The notes beneath the pieces are model-generated. The model ran no database searches. It was not told the DNA's origin and saw only the letters and a list, made by a program, of their open reading frames with translations. A program made the position numbers and the translations under genes. This document shows, in pieces, positions 18,650 through 27,654 of a stretch of DNA of 64,000 nucleotides (position 1 is its first letter; each line of letters starts with the position of its first letter). The stretch is from Bacillota bacterium (GTDB lineage Bacteria; Bacillota; Negativicutes; Sporomusales; CTSoil-080): the NCBI GenBank assembly GCA_017889725.1, contig JAGGAE010000003.1, positions 40,245-104,244 on the forward strand, written 5' to 3'.

Positions 18650-21600
18650 CTAAATTCTAGGACTGTTTTTTACAAACCAGTGTTCTACTGTATCAGCATA
18701 GTCAGCGGCAACACAAGGTTTACCAGGTGCCCCCGGCTCGGAAAGCTTAGCACCAGTGCCAACTGCTTTGCAAATAGCTTCAAGAACGTCAGTATTTGTT
18801 TTGCCGCTTTGACTTGCAAAGGCGGCCGTAACCTTTTGCACACGTTTTTCACTATTGGTGTAGGTCCCGTCGGATTCGGCGAAAGTTGCTAACGGCAATA
18901 CCACATCCGCCAGTTTTGCTGTTTCCGTCAATAGTACATCGGCCACAAGGGTAAATGCACTTTGACTGAGCATTTTCGACATATTTTCTACGCCGCAGCC
19001 TACAGGATCTTCTCCGAATATCGCGTAAACGTCTTTACCCTCACCGCAGCAAACCGGACCAAAGCCTAAATCAATAGCCCCTTGGGTATTGGCCCTGCCG
19101 TGCATTACCAGAAGCGACTTATCGGTTTTTCCGGCTATGATCGCCAAACCGGCCACCGCTTCCGCTTCATGAGCACTTACTTCGCCGCCAATCACAAATA
19201 CAGGTTTGTCGGCCTCTTTCAGAAGCTCAACCAGACGCGTCCTCTGCGCATGTTTGTCGCTTTGTCCGCAATCACAAGCTTTGGTTTCTTTACCGGCTAA
19301 AGCATCGGCACAGGTATTGACAAAGCACGTGATATTTTCCAAATCGATAGATATCACTTCGCTTGCATAGCGAGTCAGTTTGCTCGGAGCATTATCGACG
19401 ATAACGAGTTTAGCACCTCGTTCGGCAGCCTGTTTAACCAGTAGTGCCGCTACCGGGTTAACAGTTTTGATATCAAAGCCGATACAGAGAATTAAATCCG
19501 CCGCCTTAATATCTTCGTAGGTAGCAGTGTTGGCTTTTCCACCAAGCGCCCTAGCCACACCAAAGGCAGCTGTTCTAAGTCCGAAACTGGACGGTCTAAC
19601 TCCAAGTCCTTTTTCAGCCAAGTCTTTAACTAAAGCCAGCTCTTCATTGGTTAAACGCTGGGATGCATACACACCGGCCTTGCCCTTCGCCAGCTTCTGT
19701 CCGATAACCTGATACGCTTCATCCCATGAAGCCGCTACAAGTGCACCGTTCTTTTTAACCATCGGCTGAGTCAGGCGGTCGGCAGAATTAATAATGTCGT
19801 TGCCGAATTTACCGCGAACGCAAAGATTACCGTCATTAACCCCTTTGCCAACTTCAGCCGTAGTGCGGACATACTGTCCAGCAACCGTATTGAGTTCGAT
19901 CGAGCAGCCTGTACCGCAGTAATTGCAAATAGTTGATGTGGTTTTTTCCGCAAAAGGTCCCGGTTTGGGCAGTGTTACCTTTTCAACCAAAGCACCTACC
20001 GGACAACTGGAAACGCACTGACCGCAAGATTCACACCTTGATTCTTCAGCAAATTCCTGACCAAAGGAAGGAGCCACAATCGTATTGTACCCGCGGGATA
20101 TAAAGCCTAACGCTCCGGCGCCTTGCAGTTCATGGCAAATGCGTACACAACGTCCGCACATAATACATTTGTTTTGGTCACGAGTGATAAACGGATGCGT
20201 TTCATCCAGCGGATGTTTGCTAATAGCTCCTGCCAACCGGTTTTGTTCTACATCATACTTAGTAGAGAATTCCCGGAGTTTACATTCTTTTACATCCTGG
20301 CAACCACAGGAAAGACAGCGCTGTGCTTCGCTCCGTGCCTGTTCTTCGCTAAAGCCAAGTTCAACTTCTTTGAAGTTACGGCTACGTTCCGATTTATTCA
20401 GCATCGGCATTTTTTCTTTAGCCAGTTTGGGGAACTTTTCAAACATGGATTTATCAATTTCATGGAGTTTTCCGCGAACATGGTTATACTCCGTTGCCGG
20501 CTTCTCCATTTTCACACCACGAACATATTGATCAATTGCCAAAGCCGCCTGCCGCCCTGCCGCAATGGCCCCAATGGCCGTCTTCGGGCCGGTAACAACA
20601 TCGCCGCCGGCAAATACTCCATCAATATTGGTGATGAGCAAATCAGGATTAACGGCAATCCGGTTTCTTTCCACCTTGAGTGAGAAATCAGCATCCACAA
20701 ACGATAAATCCTGAGTTTGGCCAATCGCTGAAATAAGATAATCGCACTCTTCAACAAACTCCGAACCTGCAACGCGCACCGGCGATCTCCGACCTGACGC
20801 ATCCATTTCGCCAAGTTCCATCCGGTAAAAAGTTACTGCCACTTTACCATTTTTATCAGCTACTTGGTCAGAAGCAATAAGTTCGGCAATATGAACGCCT
20901 TCAAATTCGGCTTCTTCAATTTCCAGATCATGGGCCGGCATTTCCGCTTTCGTACGACGGTAAGCCATTTCAACCGAGCTTGCACCAAGGCGAAGTGCGG
21001 TGCGTGCAGCATCAACGGCGGTATTGCCGCCACCAATGACGATGACTTTCTTACCGGTCATATCACCAGCTTGACCCAAGCCGACTTTTCCTAAGAATTC
21101 TACGCCCGATAAAATGTTGGCAATTCCATCTTCGCCGTCACAACCGAGCTTAGTACCAAGCTGAGAGCCAACACCAAGGAATATTGCATCGTAGCCGTCT
21201 TTCTTTAAGCTAGCGTACGTAACATCCTGGCCGAAAGTCGTATTGTAACGAATTTCAACTCCTAACGCTTTAATTAAATCGATTTCTTTATCCAAAACAT
21301 CCTTCGGTAACCGGTATTCCGGAATACCATAACGCAGCATACCGCCGCCACAAGGCCATTTTTCAAAAATGGTGATGGCATGGCCTTCGCGTGCCAAATA
21401 ATTAGCGCAGGAAAGTCCCGCCGGACCAGCCCCGATAACAGCAACTTTTTTACCGGAAGCAGATTTACGTTCAGGCAGATAGGGATTATCGCTGTTAAGA
21501 TCGTAATCAGAAGCAAAACGTTTGAGGTAGTCAATGCCTACCCGGCCATCCACCAAATTCCGGCGGCATTCGTCTTCGCAAGGACGGGTACATACCCGAC

Positions 21601-22030
21601 CACAGACAAGCGGAAGAGGATTTCTTTCTTTAATAAGTTTAACTGCATCCTGGTATTGACCATTGGCAATATGGGCGATATACCCCTGCACATCAATACC
21701 TGCTGGACAAGTCATGCTACAAGGAGCCGTACAGTCGCCATAATGCTGGGAAACCAGTAGTTCCAGACAAGTTTTGCGAGACTGGTTAACCGCATCCGTT
21801 TCGGTACGAATTACCATACCATTGGCAACTTCTGTGGCACAGGCCAGCATGTTGCCGCGAGCGCCCTCTACTTCCACCCGGCACAAGAGACACGAACCAA
21901 ACGGCTTTAACCGGTCATCATGACACAGCGTAGGTATTGCAATACTTTGTTCCCGAGCCACATCCAGAATGGTTTGCCCCGGAGTGGCCTTTACCTCGAT
22001 TCCGTTTATTGTCAGGTTGATTTTTTCCAT
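18650..22030 (-). CDS. Large Fe-S flavoprotein fusion (StnC-like): 2Fe-2S ferredoxin + GltD/NfnB-like NADPH:FAD module + 4Fe-4S domains + degenerate MopB domain
   Basis: 1126 aa. Domains in order: N-terminal CHDDRLKPFGSCLLCRVE; GltD-type CTAPCSMTCPAG; VAVIGAGPAGLSCA and VIVIGGGNTAVD; CIMCGRCVRIC and CESCGQCVSSCP; then ICNYCGTGCS (MopB 4Fe-4S). Confidence 0.85.
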   Translation of the reverse strand: MEKINLTINGIEVKATPGQTILDVAREQSIAIPTLCHDDRLKPFGSCLLCRVEVEGARGNMLACATEVANGMVIRTETDAVNQSRKTCLELLVSQHYGDCTAPCSMTCPAGIDVQGYIAHIANGQYQDAVKLIKERNPLPLVCGRVCTRPCEDECRRNLVDGRVGIDYLKRFASDYDLNSDNPYLPERKSASGKKVAVIGAGPAGLSCANYLAREGHAITIFEKWPCGGGMLRYGIPEYRLPKDVLDKEIDLIKALGVEIRYNTTFGQDVTYASLKKDGYDAIFLGVGSQLGTKLGCDGEDGIANILSGVEFLGKVGLGQAGDMTGKKVIVIGGGNTAVDAARTALRLGASSVEMAYRRTKAEMPAHDLEIEEAEFEGVHIAELIASDQVADKNGKVAVTFYRMELGEMDASGRRSPVRVAGSEFVEECDYLISAIGQTQDLSFVDADFSLKVERNRIAVNPDLLITNIDGVFAGGDVVTGPKTAIGAIAAGRQAALAIDQYVRGVKMEKPATEYNHVRGKLHEIDKSMFEKFPKLAKEKMPMLNKSERSRNFKEVELGFSEEQARSEAQRCLSCGCQDVKECKLREFSTKYDVEQNRLAGAISKHPLDETHPFITRDQNKCIMCGRCVRICHELQGAGALGFISRGYNTIVAPSFGQEFAEESRCESCGQCVSSCPVGALVEKVTLPKPGPFAEKTTSTICNYCGTGCSIELNTVAGQYVRTTAEVGKGVNDGNLCVRGKFGNDIINSADRLTQPMVKKNGALVAASWDEAYQVIGQKLAKGKAGVYASQRLTNEELALVKDLAEKGLGVRPSSFGLRTAAFGVARALGGKANTATYEDIKAADLILCIGFDIKTVNPVAALLVKQAAERGAKLVIVDNAPSKLTRYASEVISIDLENITCFVNTCADALAGKETKACDCGQSDKHAQRTRLVELLKEADKPVFVIGGEVSAHEAEAVAGLAIIAGKTDKSLLVMHGRANTQGAIDLGFGPVCCGEGKDVYAIFGEDPVGCGVENMSKMLSQSAFTLVADVLLTETAKLADVVLPLATFAESDGTYTNSEKRVQKVTAAFASQSGKTNTDVLEAICKAVGTGAKLSEPGAPGKPCVAADYADTVEHWFVKNSPRI

Positions 22031-22056
22031 TTTAGATGATCACCTCTCCTCAACCA

Positions 22057-23835
22057 CTAATCAATTTCAATGGCGCTGAAACGACATTTTTCTTTACAAG
22101 CACCGCACTTTGTACACAGGCTACTGTCAATCTTGTGTGCCTTTTTCGGTTCGCCACTGATGGCTTTTACCGGGCATACTCGGCTACAAGCAGTACAGCC
22201 TATACATTTATCTTCTAGTATTACATATTTGATTAATGGCCGACACTGTTTTGCCGGACATTTCTTATCTTTAATATGAGCTTCATACTCATGACGGAAA
22301 TACTTAAGGGTGGTGAGTACTGGATTCGGTGCCGTTTGACCAAGACCGCACAACGCATTCCGGCGAATCTGGTCGGACAACTCTTCCAATAATTCAATAT
22401 CGCCTTCTCGGCCTTCGCCGGTTGTGAGGCGGGTAAGAATCTCGAGCATGCGATTTGTACCAATCTTACAGAAAGTACATTTTCCGCAAGACTCGGATTG
22501 TGTAAAGGATAAGAAGTAACGGGCTATATCCACCATACAGTTATCCTCATCCATAACAATCATACCGCCGGACCCCATAATCGCACCGGTCTGATTAACA
22601 GAATCATAGTCAACTATGGTGTCTAAAAGGTGCGCCGGAATACAGCCTCCGGATGGACCGCCCATTTGTACCGCTTTAAAAGGTTTACCGGAAGAAGTAC
22701 CTCCCCCGATTTCGTAGATAATGTCACGGAGCGCTATGCCCATCGGAACTTCCACTAAACCTCCGCGCGCAATTTTTCCTGCCAAAGCAAAAACCTTAGT
22801 TCCTTTACTTTTCTCAGTGCCATACTTATTATAACTGCCAGCACCGTTGAGAATAATGTACGCGACATTGGCAAAGGTTTCAACGTTGTTGATATTGGTA
22901 GGTTTGCCAAATAAGCCCGACTGTGCCGGGAATGGCGGACGGATTCTAGGCATACCCCGTTTTCCTTCAATAGAAGAAATCAGAGCAGTTTCTTCACCGC
23001 ATACGAATGCACCCGCGCCCTCTTTAATCTTGATCTTGAAATTAAAGTTTGTGCCGAGAACATTCTTGCCCAAAAGACCTCTCTCTTCCGCAGCTTTTAT
23101 AGCAATTTTTAGCCTTTTTATAGCAATAGGATATTCAGCACGCGCATAGATATAGGCTTCATCTGCACCTATAGCGTAGCCGGCGATCATCATGCCTTCC
23201 AATACCGCATGAGGGTCACCTTCCAGCACGCTGCGGTCCATGAATGCGCCCGGGTCGCCCTCGTCGGCATTACAAATAATATATTTTTTACTGCCCTTTG
23301 AAGCGTTTGCAAATTTCCACTTCATTCCGGTAGGGAAACCTGCGCCACCACGTCCACGCAGACCCGATGCCAGTACTTCTTCTATTACTTGTTCCGGAGT
23401 CATAGTTTTTATTGCTTTTCCAATAGCCTTATACGCATCCATCGCTATTGCTTCATCTAATGACTCAGGATTGATCTTACCGCAACGCCGAAGAACAATG
23501 CGTTCTTGTTTATCAAAGAAGCTGTCTTCGCTAGTTTTTAAGTCGCATCCTTGAACTACCCATTCGGTGATAGGCTGACCGTTTCCAATGTGTTCTGCGA
23601 AAAGACGATCCACTTTATCGGGAGTTACATTACCGTAAATATAACTCTTGCCGTCCGGATTTACAATTTCCACCAGAACTTCCTTATAGCACATACCCAT
23701 GCAACCGGTTTCATCAACAGAAACCGTAACCGGAGTCGTTGCCTGTTTCGCTTTGATGGCTTCCATAACCTTTAACCCACCAGCAGCGATACCACAACTG
23801 CCTAAGCCAACAATGACCTTATATTGTTTTTCCAT
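22057..23835 (-). CDS. NuoF/HydB-like NAD(H)-binding FMN Fe-S subunit (StnB-like)
   Basis: 592 aa. It has a thioredoxin-like N-terminus (GSCGIAAGG...CMGMC), GRGGAGFPTGMKW, a SLBB/4Fe-4S part ESCGKCTFC, and two C-terminal ferredoxin motifs (CIGCTACSRVCP and CTKCGACKEKC). Confidence 0.9.
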   Translation of the reverse strand: MEKQYKVIVGLGSCGIAAGGLKVMEAIKAKQATTPVTVSVDETGCMGMCYKEVLVEIVNPDGKSYIYGNVTPDKVDRLFAEHIGNGQPITEWVVQGCDLKTSEDSFFDKQERIVLRRCGKINPESLDEAIAMDAYKAIGKAIKTMTPEQVIEEVLASGLRGRGGAGFPTGMKWKFANASKGSKKYIICNADEGDPGAFMDRSVLEGDPHAVLEGMMIAGYAIGADEAYIYARAEYPIAIKRLKIAIKAAEERGLLGKNVLGTNFNFKIKIKEGAGAFVCGEETALISSIEGKRGMPRIRPPFPAQSGLFGKPTNINNVETFANVAYIILNGAGSYNKYGTEKSKGTKVFALAGKIARGGLVEVPMGIALRDIIYEIGGGTSSGKPFKAVQMGGPSGGCIPAHLLDTIVDYDSVNQTGAIMGSGGMIVMDEDNCMVDIARYFLSFTQSESCGKCTFCKIGTNRMLEILTRLTTGEGREGDIELLEELSDQIRRNALCGLGQTAPNPVLTTLKYFRHEYEAHIKDKKCPAKQCRPLIKYVILEDKCIGCTACSRVCPVKAISGEPKKAHKIDSSLCTKCGACKEKCRFSAIEID

Positions 23836-23837
23836 GC

Positions 23838-24242
23838 TTACGCCCTCCCTGTCTCGTAGTAATCCCGTATAATTTTACGAGCAGAATCAGGGGTTAAGCG
23901 ACCATAGGCTTCTTCGTCAATCATAATAACCGGAGCTAAACTGCAACAACCAAGACAAGCCACAGTTTCCAGCGTGAATTTTCCGTCTTTTGTGGTGCCG
24001 CCAAACTCCACTTTAAGTTCGTCCGCTAATGCATCGGCAACTTTTTCAGCTCCATTAACATGGCAGGCAGTACCGAAACATATTTTAATAACATGCTCAC
24101 CAGTCGGTTCTAGACGAAATTGAGAATAAAAAGTCGCTACTCCCATGACTTGCGTCGGAAACATTCCGGTTTTTTCACACATTTTGTCTAAAACATCTTT
24201 GGGCAAATAACCGTACGCGGCTTGAATCTCTTGGTTATGCAA
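23838..24242 (-). CDS. NuoE/HydC-like [2Fe-2S] subunit (StnA-like), short N-terminus
   Basis: 134 aa with CFGTACHVNG and CLGCCSLAP. The only canonical in-frame start is TTG 24242, with no obvious SD and an in-frame stop 13 codons upstream. Confidence 0.8.
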   Translation of the reverse strand: MHNQEIQAAYGYLPKDVLDKMCEKTGMFPTQVMGVATFYSQFRLEPTGEHVIKICFGTACHVNGAEKVADALADELKVEFGGTTKDGKFTLETVACLGCCSLAPVIMIDEEAYGRLTPDSARKIIRDYYETGRA

Positions 24243-24310
24243 ATCAAACCGCAGATAAGGAAAACAGTCGCAGACATCCTACGACTATTTTCTTAATATC
24301 CATCTATTCT

Positions 24311-24338
24311 AATATACCTTATTCTAAAAATATGTCAA
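24311..24338 (-). promoter_or_regulatory. Candidate promoter of the Stn-like operon
   Basis: Minus strand reads TTGACA (24333-24338)-N16-TATATT (24311-24316). Confidence 0.45.
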
Positions 24339-24439
24339 CCGCATTAGAAGTTATAATGTAATAGATAAAAACTATTTACTTATTCTAATATTAATAGATT
24401 GTTATTTTATTTTAATAAAAACCAACAAAACTATTCCTT

Positions 24440-25726
24440 TTACTCATTTTCGCATAGTTTACCCCCCCGCCTCTGGGCTTCATGGTACACTTTTTCCTCA
24501 TCTATCGTTGTCAAACGCCTGTTATCAAGCAATACTTTTCCCGCAACAAGTACCGTTTCCACATCGGCGGCATTAGCCGCATATGTTAGCAACGAAGCAC
24601 AATTATGGCGTGGGTACCAATGCGGAGCCTCCATGGATACTATAGTAATATCTGCCTGAAAACCAGGTACAAGCGTACCTGTTACTTTGTCCAACCCAAC
24701 AGTGGCAGCTCCCGCCGAAGTCGCCATTTTCAGGGCCTCCTTAGCCGGAAGAGCAAGCGGATCAAGAGTATTAACCTTATGCAAGAGGGCCGCCAGCCTC
24801 ATTTCTTCTAACATATCGAGATTATTGTTGCTCGAAGCGCCATCCGTTCCAAGACCAACAACCAACCCTGCTTCTAGCATAGCCGGAACCGGAGCTACCC
24901 CACTCGCCAGCTTCATATTGCTGCCAGGATTATGGGCTACCCGGACGCCCTTTTCCTTCATAATAATAATATCTTCAGGCGATACATGAACACAGTGAGC
25001 CGCCAATACCCCATGATCCAGCAAGCCCACTTCATTCATTAGAGCAATAGGCGATTTTCCATACTGTTTAACGCAATCAGTCACTTCTCCAGCCGTTTCG
25101 GATAAATGAATATGGATTTCGGCTTCTAGTTTTTCGGCCAACTGACACACCGTTTTTAAATAATCCGGCGGACAGGTATACGGCGCATGTGGACCAAGCA
25201 TTACCGTTATCCGGCCCTCCGCCTTATTGTGCCACTCTGTAAAAAGCGTCTTGCTTTCGGCAAGAGCCAATTCGGCATTAGGACCAATCCCGATCATCCC
25301 GCGGCAAAGCACCGCGCGGATTCCGCTTTGCTCCACCGCCATAGCAACTTGATCCATAAACGAATACATATCGGCAAACGTTGTAGTTCCCGATTTTATC
25401 ATTTCGGCTATGGCCAATTGAGTTCCCCAGTATACGTCCTCCGCGGTAAGCCTTTCTTCCGCTGGCCAGATTTTATTCTGGAGCCAATCCATTAACGCCA
25501 TATCGTCGGCGTAACTGCGAAACAGTGTCATTGCCGCATGCGTATGGGTGTTTACAAAGCCTGGAGTAATAAGCTTATTCGTACAATCGATTACCCGGTC
25601 CGCCTGCCAATCCGATGGCACAGAGCCTACCTTGTCAATCAAAGTATCGACAATGGCAATATCTGCTTGACGGATATTGCCGTCCGCCCCAAAAACCTCG
25701 CCATTTTTTAATAATATATTAGCCAC
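24440..25726 (-). CDS. mtaD: 5-methylthioadenosine/S-adenosylhomocysteine deaminase (amidohydrolase)
   Basis: 428 aa from GTG 25726 (AAGGAGG 8 nt upstream). MANILLKNGEVF..., the metal motif FVNTHTHAAMT, and HCVH...DGASSNN. It overlaps the upstream aldolase gene by 8 nt. Confidence 0.85.
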   Translation of the reverse strand: MANILLKNGEVFGADGNIRQADIAIVDTLIDKVGSVPSDWQADRVIDCTNKLITPGFVNTHTHAAMTLFRSYADDMALMDWLQNKIWPAEERLTAEDVYWGTQLAIAEMIKSGTTTFADMYSFMDQVAMAVEQSGIRAVLCRGMIGIGPNAELALAESKTLFTEWHNKAEGRITVMLGPHAPYTCPPDYLKTVCQLAEKLEAEIHIHLSETAGEVTDCVKQYGKSPIALMNEVGLLDHGVLAAHCVHVSPEDIIIMKEKGVRVAHNPGSNMKLASGVAPVPAMLEAGLVVGLGTDGASSNNNLDMLEEMRLAALLHKVNTLDPLALPAKEALKMATSAGAATVGLDKVTGTLVPGFQADITIVSMEAPHWYPRHNCASLLTYAANAADVETVLVAGKVLLDNRRLTTIDEEKVYHEAQRRGGKLCENE

Positions 25727-26390
25727 ACGAAATGCCTCCTTGCCGCTTTTGATAATGCTCAAGATAAAACTGCCGCATGATTTGAATATCTTGCTCACTT
25801 AGTACCTGAGGACCACCTAGGGCCTGGGAATGCACATAAATCTCTGCTGCCTTTTCCACCAGTACCACGATAAGCATCGCCTCTTTCAGCGTTCTGCCAC
25901 AAGCTACCAGACCATGATTGGCCATAAGCACCGCCTGACGGTCCCCAAGAGCCTTGACAGTATTCTCCGCCAGCGCTTTAGTTCCGGGTAAGGCGTATTC
26001 CGCCACCTCAACTCCCCCACCGGTCATTTGCACCAAATCCTCGATTAAAGGCGGTATACTGCGCCGCGCTACCGCGCAGGCACTGGCAAAAATACTATGG
26101 GTATGGACAATAGCGCCAACATCCGGGCGAGCGGTATAAATAGCTAAATGGAGCGGCATCTCCGACGAAGGAACACGTTGTCCCTCGCCAGTGATGCCGT
26201 TATAATCCACCGTTACTATATCGGAAGGTGTAAGAGTAAGATAATCCGAGCCGGAAGGAGTGATAGCGACTCCCCCCTCTGACCGGACGCTTATATTGCC
26301 CCACGTCCCGGCTACCAACCCCTTAGCCAGCATAGCGCAACCCGCCTCAACAATACTCGCTTTTATAGTTAGGTTTGTTTCCACAACCAT
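25719..26390 (-). CDS. Class II aldolase/adducin-family protein (MtnB / Ald2 / FucA-like)
   Basis: 223 aa with GTWGNISVRS, IVHTHSIFASA and LMANHGLVACG. It sits inside the mtnP-mtnA-ahcY-mtaD operon. Confidence 0.8.
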   Translation of the reverse strand: MVVETNLTIKASIVEAGCAMLAKGLVAGTWGNISVRSEGGVAITPSGSDYLTLTPSDIVTVDYNGITGEGQRVPSSEMPLHLAIYTARPDVGAIVHTHSIFASACAVARRSIPPLIEDLVQMTGGGVEVAEYALPGTKALAENTVKALGDRQAVLMANHGLVACGRTLKEAMLIVVLVEKAAEIYVHSQALGGPQVLSEQDIQIMRQFYLEHYQKRQGGISCG

Positions 26391-26412
26391 TCTCCTTTAT
26401 CAGCTCCTTCCT

Positions 26413-27654
26413 TTAAGCCTGATTCAGGTAGGCAATTTGCTCCGGTGATAACTCGTCAATCGCAATCCCCATTGCTTTAAGTTTGAGCGCACCCACGCGG
26501 CAATCAAGTTCATAGGGAACCGTATAAACCTCGTTGCGCAGGTTGCCATGATTTTGTAAAATATGCAGCACAGCCGTTACCTGCGTAGCAAACGACAAAT
26601 CCATAATTTCCACAGGATGCCCATCTCCTGCGGCGAGATTTACCAACCGGCCTTCCGCCAACAGATACAATTTGCGACCGTCCTTCATTACAAATTCTTC
26701 AATATTTTTACGGACCGTGCGCTGGGAAACCGCCATTGCCGCTAAATGATTCTTATTAATCTCCACATCAAAATGTCCGGCATTAGCCATAACCGCATTG
26801 GGTTTCATAACCGTCAAGTGTTTTTCCGTAATTACATCTTTACAGCCGGTAACAGTCACAAAGAAATCGCCGCGCGGTGCCGCGTCAAGCATAGACATAA
26901 CCGTAAAACCGTCGAAAGCAGCCTCGGCAGCCTTAATAGGGTCAACCTCAGTAACAATAATATTTGCCCCTAATCCTTTGGCCCGCATGGCTACCCCTTT
27001 ACCGCACCAGCCGTAGCCTGCCACAACCACGGTTTTACTGCTTACACTGAGATTAGTGGTACGCATAATGCCATCCCAGGTTGACTGTCCTGTACCATAA
27101 CGATTATCAAATAAATATTTAGAATAGGCGTCATTTACCGCCATCATTGGAAATTTAAGTTTGCCCGCTGCAGCAAGTGCCTTTAACCTGTGCACACCTG
27201 TAGTCGTTTCTTCCGAACCACCCAGAATGTTACCCGCCAATTCGGAACGTTCTCCATGCAGCATCGACACCAGGTCCCCGCCGTCGTCAACAATAATGTC
27301 CGGTTTGGTATCCAGGGCCTTGTGCAGAAAATGCTCGTATTCTTCAGGCTTGGTATTATACCATGCGAATACCTTTACCCCCTGGTCAGCCAACGCGGCA
27401 GCTACATCATCCTGGGTGGAAAGCGGATTGCTTCCAGTTACAGCTACATTAGCACCGGCGTTTTTCAGAACAAGGCCCAAATAAGCCGTTTTAGCTTCCA
27501 AATGCATGGTAACAACCATGTTTTTCCCTGCCAACGGTTTCGTCCTTATCAATTCCTCATTTAACACATTGAGAACCGGCATGTGTTGTTTAACCCAATT
27601 AATTTTATCCAGTCCCTGAGGAGCTAAATTTTTGTCTCTAATCATGGAAGTCAT
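26413..27654 (-). CDS. ahcY: Adenosylhomocysteinase (short archaeal/bacterial type)
   Basis: 413 aa with HLEAKTA, the NAD-binding VVVAGYGWCGKGVA, and NAGHFDVEI. The ATG directly abuts the mtnA stop. Confidence 0.92.
   Translation of the reverse strand: MTSMIRDKNLAPQGLDKINWVKQHMPVLNVLNEELIRTKPLAGKNMVVTMHLEAKTAYLGLVLKNAGANVAVTGSNPLSTQDDVAAALADQGVKVFAWYNTKPEEYEHFLHKALDTKPDIIVDDGGDLVSMLHGERSELAGNILGGSEETTTGVHRLKALAAAGKLKFPMMAVNDAYSKYLFDNRYGTGQSTWDGIMRTTNLSVSSKTVVVAGYGWCGKGVAMRAKGLGANIIVTEVDPIKAAEAAFDGFTVMSMLDAAPRGDFFVTVTGCKDVITEKHLTVMKPNAVMANAGHFDVEINKNHLAAMAVSQRTVRKNIEEFVMKDGRKLYLLAEGRLVNLAAGDGHPVEIMDLSFATQVTAVLHILQNHGNLRNEVYTVPYELDCRVGALKLKAMGIAIDELSPEQIAYLNQA

Noticed and set aside
18650-19942. 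Selenocysteine recoding in the FDH-like domain
   Set aside because: There is no in-frame TGA in the gene and no SECIS-like hairpin is needed, because the frame is continuous.
20085-20814. 148-, 186- and 100-aa ORFs overlapping the StnC-like gene on both strands
   Set aside because: They are nested in or antisense to a frame with continuous Fe-S and Rossmann motifs, so they are spurious long ORFs.
24399-24418. Rex-like box TTGTTATTTTATTTTAATAA upstream of the Stn-like operon
   Set aside because: The half-sites resemble TTGTTAA/TTAACAA, but the spacing is 2 nt too long and the right half is degenerate. In such AT-rich DNA this is weak evidence.
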